From Azolla caroliniana (taxonomy: Eukaryota > Plantae > Polypodiophyta): a stretch of DNA of 64,000 nucleotides. Of the stretch, positions 1 through 11,555 are shown in pieces (position 1 is the stretch's first letter; each line of letters begins with the position of its first letter). Where the stretch lies: NCBI GenBank assembly GCA_043228905.1, contig JBHGNT010000014.1, forward strand, positions 2,852,001-2,916,000. Direction: 5' to 3'. The notes under the pieces were generated by a model. That model had not been told where the DNA came from, did not search any database, and worked only from the letters and a program-made list of their open reading frames with translations. The translations under genes were made by a program, and so were the position numbers.

Positions 1-113
1 CTGTCGTAGACTAGCACCCAGTCGCCTTCCTCGATCTTCTTCGGTCGGAGCCGGTGCGTTCGGTCGAACCGGGCTTTGTTCCTCATCCTTGCCATCCGAA
101 GCTTTTACGTAGC

Positions 114-3085
114 TCACTCTACGTTCTCCGGTCTTCGCTCGAGCTGCCGTATGCGCGCCGTCAACAGTTCCTCCCGGCTCATCTCGTCTCTCCAGTCCAC
201 GGTTGCCCATGAGGAGATCGTACGTTCCATCGGCATGACCGGCTTCTGCCCAAACATGAGCTCTGCCGGCATGAATCCGGTTACCGAACTGTGCGTAGTT
301 CGGTCAGCCCATAACGCGTAAGGCAACAACCGCGGCCAGCTCCCGAGTTGACCTCCGCATGATCGAACTAACGCCTTGACGATCGGTCCGTGTCCGCGCT
401 CCACCTTCCCATTCGCCTCCGGATTGTACGCAGTGGTAAGCGAGAGCTTGACTCCTAGCCGGTCGAACAGCTCCTCGGCCTCTTCGGCGTCCAACTCCCC
501 GCGATCGGCCACGATCTTCCCGACGCACCCGTACCGGCATATCACGTCCTCGATCAGGAACCGACATACGGCCGCGGTCGTTTTGTTCCCGAGCCAGATC
601 TTCCCGAGCCAGGACCAGATACCACATCTGTCCTACGCCCATTGGCATCGTCACCAGATCTACCATCCATTTGAAGTGGATGGTCGGAGGGTACGTAGGG
701 TGAAGCTCGTCCCGATGCCGGACTATGGAGTGCATTTGACAGCTCTCGCAAGTTGTCACGAACCGATGCACGTCCCGGTACAATCTCGGCCACCAGTACT
801 TCCCCTTTATCTTCTCGAACGCGGCCCACGTTCCACGGTGTCCGGCCCAAGGGCTGTCGTGGTAGCCCATCAGTAGCTCCTCCTGTTCTTCCTTCATCGC
901 CACCACCCGGAGCGGGACGCCGTTCCTCTTCTTCGGGTGCTTCCATAAGTATCCGTCCCGGAGAAAGAATCGGTAAGCTTTCTTCCGGATCTGGTTGGCC
1001 TCGTCCTTCATCCACGACGCATCCGGCGTCATCGTCCTCAAAAATCCACCGATCTGGAGCCACTCGCCGTCGTACTTGCTCTCGCCGAAGTCGTTAAGTG
1101 CCGGAGTGCTCGTCCCATCGGTCGTCACGTACGCTGCCTTGAAGAAGTCCATGCCGACTTCTTCGTCCTCCGAAACCATGCCGCCCTCGTCATCAAACCT
1201 CGCCCTCGAAAGCATGTCGGCCATGGCGTTGTCCTTTCCGGAAATGTGCCGTATTTGCCGGGTCCAGGGACTTGATGTACGCTATCCACCTATGCATCGC
1301 TAGGTCCGGTGTCGCGCATCCGGAAACCATGCCGAGAATTGGCAGGCAATCCGTCTCGATCATCACTTCTGTCCCGATCAGGTAGTTTTTGTCGGCCTTT
1401 ACTGCCGAAACGATACCCCAGAGTTCGCGTTTAACCTGGGCGTACCCTTGTTGTCGCTCACTGAGGACCTTCGCGCCAAATCGGATCGGGAACCGAATGC
1501 CATCCTCGTCTTCTTGGTTGACGACCCATCCGATCCCGGTCGGACTAGTATACACCGTTATGTATACCAGGGTACCCTTCTCGTAGACAGCCTTCCGGAG
1601 CGCCGGTGCTGCCGCAAGAGCTTCCTTCAGCTTCCGGACCGACTCCGTGTGCTCGTCTCGCCACTCGAATTTTCACCTTTTCTTCAGCAACCCGTATAGC
1701 GGCTCCGCAACGTGGGCGTAATGCGGGATCCATATGTGGTAGAACGCGCATGCCCCCAGGAACCTCCGAACTTCCGTAACCGAGCTACAGTCGGTCTTCA
1801 TCGCGGAGATGGCTTCTACCTTTGCCAGAGACGGCTTCCGGCCATATGGTCCACATAGGTGTCCGACCACCAGGATTTCCGATTGCCCGAAGGCCGATTT
1901 CTCCCCGGAGAAGGTGAGCCTCGCATCCTCTAGCCTTTGTAGCACCTTCTCGCAGTCGTCGATGTGTGTTGCCACGAATCGCCGGCATCCGTTCGGCCCG
2001 ACTGTCTCGTCCTTCTCCTCCACCGGGCACCCCTTTATCGGGATGTCGTCTAGAAACGGCATGGTGATGTCCGGGATGCAATCCCTTAGTACCTTGTTCA
2101 TTGCATTCACCATGTGGGCTACCGAGTTGGTCCCTCCTTGTGGCAGGGTACACATTCCCACCAGGCCGATGGGAGTTCGCATCGTCGTAATGTCTCTGCT
2201 CTCCACGGCTAGCCGGAACTGGTCGTACCCCGAGTACAGATCACCGACCGAGTAAATCGACCTTCCGGCGAAGGCCTCTACGAACTCGTCTATGGTCGGT
2301 CCGATTCCTGCGTTCCGAATGGTCACTCTGTTGACCGGCTGCAGGTCCTGAATGAAGCGCAATGTTCCGTTTTTCTGTGGCACGGTAAACCATCGGTTCG
2401 AGTATGGGGCACTCGACGGTTCGAGAATGCCCATATCGACTTTTTGCCTCAATAGCTCCATCAATTTCGGGATGTGAGCTCTCAGTACTGGAATCGGCTT
2501 GAGATTCCACGGCACATGTGGTACCGTGAATATCACCATCGGCTCCACAATCGTCGGGTCTACGCACCCGATCTCTTCCGACGAAAATGCGAAGGCTTTC
2601 CCGTGCCTTCCGAGCATTCTCCGAAACCGGTCTTCCTCCGCCGGCAGTAGGAACCCGCCCCCACCAATCTTGAGCTCCCGGAGCGTCCCGTTGGTGAAGG
2701 TGTGTCCTATGCAGGCCGGATCTCGTAAACTGGGGTCCAACGCAACCCCTCTAATTCGGGACTCGCTGCCCTCCGGTAAGGGTGCCGCGACGGGCCTTAC
2801 CTTCCGGTCCACAGTCTTGTACTTTGTGTTAACTCGGGCCGTCCGATCCGACCCGAGCCCCCGACTGAAGTTCGCGATGACTTTGTACATCTCTTCGGAA
2901 CATACCGGTATCGTCCGGTCTTCATTAAGGTCTTCTCCGGCTACCTCCCCCAGCATTCCCAAGGTGTCGTCGAAGGAGACCGTCTCCACGGCTCCGCTGA
3001 TTTCCTCGTCCTGGCCGAGAACTCCGCACGCTCGAAGTCGCACTTCCGCCCTTGTCTTTTCTCGGCCGACGATGCCGACTATCAT
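114..3085 (-). pseudogene. pol (RT-RNase H-integrase), disrupted
   Basis: ORFs 1673-3085 (RT), 1193-1555 (RNase H), 304-1224 and 114-545 (HHCC and core integrase) match the intact pol at 22488-25901 but are split across frames. Confidence 0.92.
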
Positions 3086-3220
3086 ACAGCCTCCGTTGTT
3101 GGAGAAGCAGAATTTCCTACCTATCGTACAGGGTTCCTTCGGTTTCGGTTCTATCGTACAGTCGTGGGGTCTTTCCCGAGTGTCCAGGCTGTCTCGGCCC
3201 CATGCCTTGGCAGCCCTGTC

Positions 3221-5346
3221 TAAAAATCCTCCCGGTTCTCGCCACCGAGGGATTCGCGGTTCCTCTCGTGGTTCGGCCGCACCGTCCGAAATTTAACCGA
3301 ATGGCGCCCGTCCTGGCTTTTGACCCTCGCGTAGGCCGAACCGTTGTCCAGGACCTTGGTCTCCATTCACGCCGCCGTGATGTATGGTTCCCCTAATATG
3401 ACCGGGTGCGAGGACGTCTCCTGTACGAAGAAGTGTTGGTCAATCTCGACGTCGCCGATCTTGACTCGCACGTTCGGGCAGGCCCCGTGCAGTTCCTCGG
3501 TGGCGCGCGTCACCGCCCGTATCTTCCACTCGTGCTTCGTGTTGATCGGCCACTTTCCCTTCTTATAGAAGTCCATGGACATCAGGTTTATTTCCGAACC
3601 GTGGTCCACCAATTCCACCACCGGTTCCTGAACATCTCCGATCTTTACCGGGGTTTCCGTGGTCGCTCGGGCCCAGTGCGGACTTGAATAGTGGCTCTCC
3701 GCCCACTCATCTTCCAGCGTCATGTTGTCGATGTGCGTCGTCCGCACCTCCACCGGTCTTTCCGGTTCCGTCTCCGTCGACAGCCTCTTCTGTTTCACCA
3801 GGTCCACAATGGAGTCGTGGAACTCCTTCTTTGCGATCCCTAGCACCTCTCGCAATGACAGCTCCACTTTGCTGTCGAGGATCCGTTCTTCTAGGACCTT
3901 TCGTAGGTCCGTAGTCCTTTCTATTTCCGTCCCCAGTCGGTATCCGCCCTTCCTGGGGTTATCTTGCGCGCTGGACCCAGCGGCATCGTTTCGTCGTTGC
4001 CCGAATCGGGTCTCGTACCATTGTGAGGGCCCGGCCGCTCCGGCTTTCCCCACTCGTTTGTCTTCTACCAGAGCCTCGTAGTTCTGGCAGGCGGCTTCTA
4101 CGAAGCCCGTCTTCTCCTCGACCGGATCGCTCCACCCGGTTATTTCCCGGACCCGTCTCTCAGCGCGGTCCGTTTCATCTTTCCTTAGCCGTGCACCGGC
4201 AAGGCCTTCCAGCATTGCCGACCAGAACCCGTCCTTGCTCTCCTTTCGGGCCTCGCTGCCCCCGACCTGAATACCGGCCGACGCCGAGTAGTGGATGGCC
4301 TCCACGTGTCAGGCCGCTGCCTCTTCCATCAGTCTATTCATACCTCCTCGCCCGTCGTTTCGGTTTAGGGCCCTTCTGGTGTCGTCGGCGTGCACCCGGC
4401 CTTCCCACAGGTACACCACCCGGTTCCTCAACGCTTCTGCGAAATCGCCGCAGTCCTTTCGGATGTGGCCGACCTCGTCGCACCACATGCACCTGTTCCC
4501 TCCTACCGGCCGTCGGTCACGAGCCGGTTCGCCGCCTTCCCTTCGAGTCTGGGCAATCTGGAGATCCTTTATCGCTCGCGTCAACTCCTCTGGCGCTGCT
4601 CCTCCGGATGAGCCATTGACCATGCCGGTCGAAGCCGAACCGGTTTCGAGCCACTCCCGGGCCTCTTCCCTTCGCCCTTGCGGCGCCGGTTCAAGCCTCC
4701 TTGCAGTGACAGAGCCCGCACCGGCTGCTCCGTCATCAGCCCATTCTCGCCGTTTGTCAAAACGGCCACAGACTCTCTTAACCGCAGCCGAGTCGGTCGT
4801 CAGCCCGTCTTCGGTTTCCACCAAGGAGCCGACTTGATCCCGGTCCCGCTCGTCCACCGACTTGACGAACAGTAGGACCCGGCTCGTATCCAGAACGGTA
4901 CGGTCAAGCGCCGAAAGGCGCGCAAAGCGTTCGTCAAACTCCCGAATGTGTGCCGACGCATTTCTTCCCTTGCCGGGGGACTCCACCCATTCCATGAAGT
5001 CTCGTTTCGAAAGCCGGAGCACGTCGTCCAGCCCGTATTTTTCTAGGAGTCGGCCTTCGAACTCCTCCCAGGTACAGCTCTCTGCCCGCACCTCGAGCAC
5101 CTCCGCATGGATGCTCGGCATCGCCACTCGAGGAAACCCGGCAAGACGCCTCTCTTCCGGAATGTGCCGCATCAGCATTTCTGCCCCGTAGGACGCCAAA
5201 TACTTCGTGGCATCCTTTCCGCTGAACCGGCCGATCGTACCGACGACCGCCTCAATGGCTCTGTTGAGGGCGCCGGTGCCCTCGCGTGCACTCAATATCC
5301 GATCCACGGCCGAAGCCATGGACTCTGCAAGATCCGACCCCTTCAT
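3221..5346 (-). pseudogene. gag-protease ORF with premature stops
   Basis: CCHC knuckle CMWCDEVGHIRKDC, aspartic protease DHGS; TGA stops near 4309 and 3367 where copy 2 reads through. Confidence 0.9.
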
Positions 5347-5368
5347 CTTCTGCTCTTCTGCCGCCTCC

Positions 5369-5386
5369 TTCACGTCGGGTTCACCA
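5369..5386 (-). promoter_or_regulatory. Primer-binding site complementary to tRNA-Trp 3' end
   Basis: Plus strand TTCACGTCGGGTTCACCA matches, from recall, the last 18 nt of plant cytosolic tRNA-Trp; 3 nt from the LTR edge. Confidence 0.85.
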
Positions 5387-5389
5387 AGA

Positions 5390-6001
5390 TGTCGAGGTAT
5401 CCCTCGCGGATGCGTGGAATGAGGCGGGACCTCGGGTGTCCTGTACCGAAGAGCAAGAGAGAAAAGGAGAGGGGAAGAGACCCACAAGGTGCGAGCGTAG
5501 ATTCACAGGAACACGGCCCTTCGACACAGAGACGCGAGTGCGACAGCGACACAGAGAGACACGAATGTATGTAGAAATATATATAAACAAGACAAACAAC
5601 AAGCACGAAGTAGGTTACAACCGAACAGGCCGGCGAACAAATGCCGATGCCTGTTCGTAAACGTACAGAAAGGAAGAAGTAGGTTGGAGGTGCTGCCGGA
5701 AGCACTCGGGCATTCCTCAGAGCAACGCAAGCCACCCGAAACCTGCACAGAAAGAAGCTATGGAGTTTGGAAGAGAGAGAAGCCTTCGGCCCGCAATCCG
5801 ACAGCACTTCGTCCTCCCTTCCTTCGCGATCCCCCTCCCCTCCTTGTCTCCCTCCTTTTATAGGAAAGGAAGGAGCCGTTTCCTATTAACTTCCTACCTA
5901 CCGAGGATCTTCTATGTACAACATAAGGCGCACGTGTATGAAGAGCCGGTTCCTACGCTCCGGTGCACCGATTCCGCTTGTGAACGGTTTTCTTCACGAC
6001 A
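5390..6001 (-). repeat. 5' LTR of family A copy 1 (612 bp)
   Basis: TG...CA ends; near-identical reverse complement of 38484-39096. Confidence 0.93.
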
Positions 6002-7111
6002 GCGTCTTTTAGATCTTTTTGCTTGCTTCCCACGCAATTCTAGGAAGTGGATGTGAGGAACTTTTTTGAACCTTAAGCATGTATTCAACAACCCTTTCCA
6101 TGGCCATGATCTCAATGGGAAGCGATCCCGTCTCAAGGAGGAGGAGGGTGTAGGGCGTTTGTTTCTTAACTTGTAGAAACTTGGTAAGAAAATGCTTTTG
6201 TACATTTTCAAACTCTTTCCATATAGATTTAGGGATGCTACCGCCCCATACTTCCACCCCATAGAGAAGAACCGGTGTCACCAGAGTGTCGAAAAGATAT
6301 TTCTTGAGGACCCAACACTTAATATCTCCAAGATTGCATGTGTTCTCAAATGCATAGTATGCTCGCTTGCCCACCTTTAAGTGGCGTGTAGCACATTCAT
6401 TCCATCTATGATTTGAAGGAACTTCAAGGCCAAGATATTTGAAGGTTTCCACACATTCAAGAGGCTCATTGTTGTACATAATGCATGGTTTATCTCTTTT
6501 TTGGCTCTTCACAAGCATAATCTTTGTTTTAGAGCTATTGACACTTAATTTAGTATGCATGCAAAAATTTTCCAATGCCTTCATAAGCTTTTGTGCATCT
6601 CCTAAAGTATTTGCAAAAAGCACTACATCATCTACATATAACAAAAGCATAATCACAACATTCCCAATGGCAACTTCCTCAACACATTCTTCCTTTGCAA
6701 ACTTGGGAACCATTTCTTCCAATTCATCAATGCATAGACCAAATAGTGTTGGTGAGAGTGGGCATCCTTGCTTAACACCAACAGTGCTTTTAAAAAAATC
6801 TGAAAGTTTATCTCTCATGCGCACAACATATAACCTTCTCATAAATTCGGGAAATTGCAAGCATATATTCACTTGGCAGCTCAAGTTCTTCCATTCGCCT
6901 CCAAAGATGCTCACAAGGTACCATATCAAAAGCTTTCTTGAAGTCTAGAAAGCAACAATATAAACCTTTACCTCTAAGGCGACTTTCCTCCATTAATACT
7001 CGAAGGGTGATAAGGTGATCAATGGTGCTATGGTGTTTTCGAAAGCCAGCTTGTCCATAAGCTCTCTTACCACTTTTTTCAGCCCATACACTTATCTTTG
7101 ATTCCATTATA

Positions 7112-7115
<4 letters not shown>
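6002..7115 (-). mobile_element. RTE-like LINE fragment (RT domain), 5'-truncated at a (TC)n tract
   Basis: ORFs 6009-6929 and 6808-7107 contain GVKQGCPLSPTLF, LLYVDD and FKYLG; highly similar to the LINE at 43447-46888. Confidence 0.92.

Positions 7116-7159
<44 letters not shown>
7116..7159. repeat. (GA)n microsatellite
   Basis: About 22 GA units seen directly. Confidence 0.98.
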
Positions 7160-7163
<4 letters not shown>

Positions 7164-7164
7164 C

Positions 7165-7448
7165 CAGATGGATGTAGCTCAGTTGGTAAGGTTGCCCAAT
7201 GAAGACCAGGTGGTCATGGGTTCAACCCCTACATTCCATAGTGGCATCAATAGAACTTAAGCTAAAAGAGTTCTAGTATTGTACAAAATGTTTGATAAAG
7301 GAAATGACTTTATACTAGGCATAGTGTCATTTCCATCCAAGCCTCTCGAAAAGAAGTGGGAGGTCAAAGGGTTTTGGTGTGGGTCTGACCCGTGGTCCCG
7401 GTACCCCAACCATGACTTCTAGGCGGTGTAGCTCACGTTCCCTTATTT
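7165..7448 (+). mobile_element. tRNA-derived SINE-like element
   Basis: A box TAGCTCAGTTGG and B-box-like GGTTCAACCCC with tRNA spacing, no good cloverleaf; 3' extent uncertain. Confidence 0.6.
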
Positions 7449-7982
7449 TCTTAATTGCTTCTACACCATGTTGAGTTGCTTTGAAACCCGACATCCGGGG
7501 GCATTTGGTTCTTCTTTGGTTTTTTGCTTCATCAAGGAAGAGGCTGTCAGGAATAGTACTAAAACAGAGATGGAATTAGTACTAAGAAGAGTAGTACTAT
7601 TAGTACTAAGAGGACGGGACTGCGTAAGATTCCCGAGAGAGAGGAAGTGAGAAGAGGAGAGAGAGAGAGATAGGATGATGACAGCAGCTCTTATATTATA
7701 TGAAAGATAAGTACAAATCGACTAAGAGGCTTAAGACTGGTGTTGAACCAATTTGGTTCAACACAATGCTTAGTGCCTTCTTTTATAGTGTTCTCAGGAA
7801 TAATCCTGAAGCTTCTAGAATGTTCCAGAGAAATCTGGAATATACATTACTTTCTTATAATAAAACATAAATGAAAATAATATTCTATGAATTACAATAG
7901 ATGGTGAGATGGTTAAGAGCTCGACCCATATACCATAAGGTCATGGGTTCGAGTCTTGCCATCTCATGACACTATCTCCCCC

Positions 7983-10900
7983 TTAAAGACGACGAGTGGA
8001 ACGAGTCAGCGCTACTTGCGGACCGGGTTTGTCCGGATACTTTCGGTGGAAATCAGCAAGAAGATCTTGTGCATTGGCAACATTCTCGACGGGTTCCCAA
8101 GTACGTTCGCTCGGACTATAACCGAGCCAATCGACCAAGTAATAGAGTTTGTTGCGAACAAGTTTGGAATCGAGGATGGCAGCAACTTCATACTCCGGGC
8201 CGGCGTCCAACTCCAGTGGGGGCGGCGGTGGTGTCACACGATCGGGAATGGTGTTTGCTTTATAAGGTTCAAGAAGAGAACAATGGAAAACCGGATGTAT
8301 CTGAAGCTGCGGAGGGAGATCAAGGCGGAAGGTGACATCATTAATCTTCCCCGTAATACGGAAAGGACCGAGTCGTCGATAATCCAACTTGTCGCACGGT
8401 CGAGTAGTCTTGATGTGACGACGTAAGAGCCATACTCGATCTCCGATGGCAAAAGAGGAGGGAATCCGATGACGATCCGCATAAGTCTTCTGTGTGTGTT
8501 GAGCATGACGAAGGTGAGTAGAGAGATCCATCTGGATCTTGCGTAGCCTCTCCAAATGATCCTCGGCACGAGGGTTGGTAGGTAGCTCCGGAGTGTCGAT
8601 CACCGACCAGCGAGGATGGAAACCGGTATAAGCGAAAAATGGGGAGACCCGAGTCGAGGAGTGAATAGCATTATTATACGCAAACTCCGCAAAGTGGAGA
8701 ATCTCGGCCCAATCGTCCTGTTGATAACTCAGGAAACACCGGAGATATTGCTCCAGCGTTTGGTTTGTTCGTTCCGCCTGTCCGTCGGTTTGAGGATGGT
8801 AGCCGGAGGAGAGGTTGCAGGAGACCTTGAGCATCTTGAAGAGATGCTGCCAAAATTTGGAGACAAATTGCGGGCCTCGGTCACTGATAATACTGTCTGG
8901 GAGGCCATGATGCCGAAAAACCTCACGCATAACAAGAGCGGCGGTTTCCTCGCTAGTGATGGCTTTAGTACATGGCACAAAATGTGCCATCTTCGTATAT
9001 CGATCGACGACGGTTAGGATAGCATCGAACCCTTTCGAGACCGGCAGATCTGTGATAAAATCAAGACAAATAGACTGCCATGGCTTACTTGGAATTGGTA
9101 AAGGTTCCAACAAGCCATATGGATGGTGTCGTGGCATCTTTGCTCGGCAGCAAGCATCACAGGTCCGAACGTAGTCGTCGACAAAACGGCGCATGTGGGG
9201 CCACCAAAAAGATCGCTGCACTAGCTCCAACGTCTTAGTACTACCGAAATGTCCCGCCGTATGGGTGTCGTGACAATGTTGGACAATTTGAAGGCGACAG
9301 GAGCAATCGGGGACATATACGCGCTTTTTAAAGAATAACAAACCATCATGATATTCGAATTGTCGGTAGTCAATACCTGGTTGTTGAGACTGAGAACAGG
9401 ATGCCCGAGAAGTATCAATGTGCGCCAGGATGTCTTGAGCAAAACTATCCGTCTTCAAGGTTGCACGTATGTCATCGGTAATCCGTGAATCCATCGGGGT
9501 GTGAAAAATCCGCGTCGTGTGCAATCGTGTTGGTCCCAAGATTACTTGCTTTTGATTATCAAATGTTGCTTCACCAGGACGAGGTGCAAGATATGAACGT
9601 CGTGATAGTGCATCTGCTTTTCCTTGCTGCTTCCCCGGTCGATATGTGATTTTGAAGTCGAAACGCGTGAGGAATTGCGCCCACCGAGCTTGCCGTCGAT
9701 TTAGTACGCGAGCATTCTGAAAATAAGCAAGATTTTTATGATCGCTGAAGACAATGACCTGATGTGGAGAGCCCTCTAAGAAATGCCGCCATTGTACAAA
9801 TGAATCCACGATGGCTAATAACTCCTTGTCATGTATTTCGTAGTTGATTTCTGCGACATCGAATTTGCGCGAATGGAAAGCCACCGGATGCAACTCTTCT
9901 TTATCACCTTGTTGAGAAAGGATGCTACCGAGGGCGAAATCTGATGCGTCGGCCTCCATGATGAATGGTTTGCTTGTATCCACATGAGCTAGAATCGGTG
10001 CTGATGTAAAGGCTTTCTTAAGATGCCGAAAAGCCATATCTGCTTCAATGGACCAAAGAAATGCTTGGCCCTTCTTCGTAAGTTGTGTGAGAGGTAAAAT
10101 AATCTTCGAGTAATCCTGTATAAACTTACGGTAGAAGTTAGCAAAACCTAGAAAACATTGTACATCTCGTACCGACCGTGGAATTTGCCACTCTAGTACA
10201 GTTTGGATCTTAGCTGGATCCATGGCGATGCCCTTTGAGGAGATGACGTAGCCTAGAAATTCCACTTGCTTGCAGTCAAAGCTACATTTTTCTAGCTTGG
10301 CATAAAGACCATTCTTGCGGAGTCGCTTTAGTACTAATAGTACATGAGAGTCGTGCTCTTCCTGGGTCTTCGAATAAATCAACAGATCATCCAGATAAAT
10401 GATCAAACAGATATCCAAGAGGTCTCTGAATATATCATTTGCCATGTGTTGGAAGACTGCGGGTGCATTGGTTAGGCCAAACGGCATAACAGTATACTCA
10501 AAATGCCCATACCGTGTGCGAAAAGCGGTCTTCCACTCATCTCCCGGTCGGATCCGCACGAGATTATACGCTCCGCGTAGGTCGATTTTAGTAAAAAACT
10601 TGGCACCATTAACTCGCTCTAAAAGACTTGATATAAGAGGAAGTGCATACCTATTCCGGATGGTGACTTTATTTAATCCGCGGTAATCAACGACAAGACG
10701 AAGAGAGCCATCTTTCTTCTTGACAAAGAAGATGGGTGCACCGGCCGGAGATTTCGAATGACGGATGAACCCGCTTGCCAAGTTCTCCTCTATGTAGGCT
10801 CGAAGGACTTCTAACTCGGTGGGTGACAGGTTGTAAATTGGTCCCCATGGTGGCTCGGTTCCTGGTTGTAAATCGATGGGACAGTCATAGGGACGGTGAT

Positions 10901-11555
10901 GAGGAAGGGTACCGGCTTTTACCTTGTCAAATACATCGGCATAAGGATGATATTTTGCCGGAAGTTGTACTGAGGAGTCCTTCTTAATAGTGCTGGAAGG
11001 ATGTACTGATATGGAAAATAGGAACATTGCCTCCTTGGGTCCTTCTTCGCGTAGTTGATGGAGTGAAATGGTCGAAACTCGGCGAGTTGATTCTTGGGGT
11101 GGTCGATATCGGACTTCTCTTGTTCTCCAATCTATGGCTGGATTATGTAACTCAAGCCAAGGTAATCCTAGGACAATGGGATGCTCTGGACTACTAATTA
11201 TATTAAATGATATTATACACACAAAACTACCTAGGACAACTTGAATGGGTTCTGATTCTTCTACAATATTCCCGGAAGCAATGGGACGACCATCAATGAC
11301 CACTACAGATGCGGGACAAGGAAGTTTTCTTAAGGATATCTGAGAAGCTTGGGCAAAATTTCGATCCATGAAACAGGAATTAGCTCCGGAATCTAAAAGT
11401 GCTAGGACGGGTACTGGGGGAGTACTTTTAGTACTAACAATGACTTGGGCTAGGAACACATTGCTAACTTGCTTGGAAGGAATGGAACCACTAATGGGCT
11501 GTACAGATCTAGGGCTGCTGTCCAACCAAATGGCTCCTATTTTGGCTGGACTCAA
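7983..11555 (-). CDS. pol polyprotein PR-RT-RH-IN-chromodomain (probably expressed by -1 frameshift from gag)
   Basis: LLDSGA, YLDD, EADASD, HHCC integrase, GPF motif, YEVAAILDS...YYLVDWLGY...TWEP chromodomain. Confidence 0.95.
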   Translation of the reverse strand: MSPAKIGAIWLDSSPRSVQPISGSIPSKQVSNVFLAQVIVSTKSTPPVPVLALLDSGANSCFMDRNFAQASQISLRKLPCPASVVVIDGRPIASGNIVEESEPIQVVLGSFVCIISFNIISSPEHPIVLGLPWLELHNPAIDWRTREVRYRPPQESTRRVSTISLHQLREEGPKEAMFLFSISVHPSSTIKKDSSVQLPAKYHPYADVFDKVKAGTLPHHRPYDCPIDLQPGTEPPWGPIYNLSPTELEVLRAYIEENLASGFIRHSKSPAGAPIFFVKKKDGSLRLVVDYRGLNKVTIRNRYALPLISSLLERVNGAKFFTKIDLRGAYNLVRIRPGDEWKTAFRTRYGHFEYTVMPFGLTNAPAVFQHMANDIFRDLLDICLIIYLDDLLIYSKTQEEHDSHVLLVLKRLRKNGLYAKLEKCSFDCKQVEFLGYVISSKGIAMDPAKIQTVLEWQIPRSVRDVQCFLGFANFYRKFIQDYSKIILPLTQLTKKGQAFLWSIEADMAFRHLKKAFTSAPILAHVDTSKPFIMEADASDFALGSILSQQGDKEELHPVAFHSRKFDVAEINYEIHDKELLAIVDSFVQWRHFLEGSPHQVIVFSDHKNLAYFQNARVLNRRQARWAQFLTRFDFKITYRPGKQQGKADALSRRSYLAPRPGEATFDNQKQVILGPTRLHTTRIFHTPMDSRITDDIRATLKTDSFAQDILAHIDTSRASCSQSQQPGIDYRQFEYHDGLLFFKKRVYVPDCSCRLQIVQHCHDTHTAGHFGSTKTLELVQRSFWWPHMRRFVDDYVRTCDACCRAKMPRHHPYGLLEPLPIPSKPWQSICLDFITDLPVSKGFDAILTVVDRYTKMAHFVPCTKAITSEETAALVMREVFRHHGLPDSIISDRGPQFVSKFWQHLFKMLKVSCNLSSGYHPQTDGQAERTNQTLEQYLRCFLSYQQDDWAEILHFAEFAYNNAIHSSTRVSPFFAYTGFHPRWSVIDTPELPTNPRAEDHLERLRKIQMDLSTHLRHAQHTQKTYADRHRIPSSFAIGDRVWLLRRHIKTTRPCDKLDYRRLGPFRITGKINDVTFRLDLPPQLQIHPVFHCSLLEPYKANTIPDRVTPPPPPLELDAGPEYEVAAILDSKLVRNKLYYLVDWLGYSPSERTWEPVENVANAQDLLADFHRKYPDKPGPQVALTRSTRRL

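Larger units (their letters stand above)
1..6001 (-). mobile_element. Ty3/Gypsy LTR retrotransposon, Ylt1/fungal-like lineage (family A, copy 1); 3' end runs off the window; inserted into a LINE
   Basis: 5' LTR 5390-6001 (TGTCG...CGACA), PBS 5369-5386, then gag, protease (VDHGSEIN), RT (DLYSGYDQF, PFLDD), RNase H and integrase fragments broken by stops and frameshifts. LINE RT sequence resumes at 6002. Confidence 0.95.

Noticed and set aside
2499-3296. Long antisense ORFs over pol, also at 25261-26070 and 32535-33362
   Set aside because: They are codon-phase mirrors of GC-rich pol, have no recognisable domain and are expected by chance.
7168-7240. Functional tRNA gene
   Set aside because: A/B boxes are present but I could not fold convincing acceptor and anticodon stems; treated as a SINE head.
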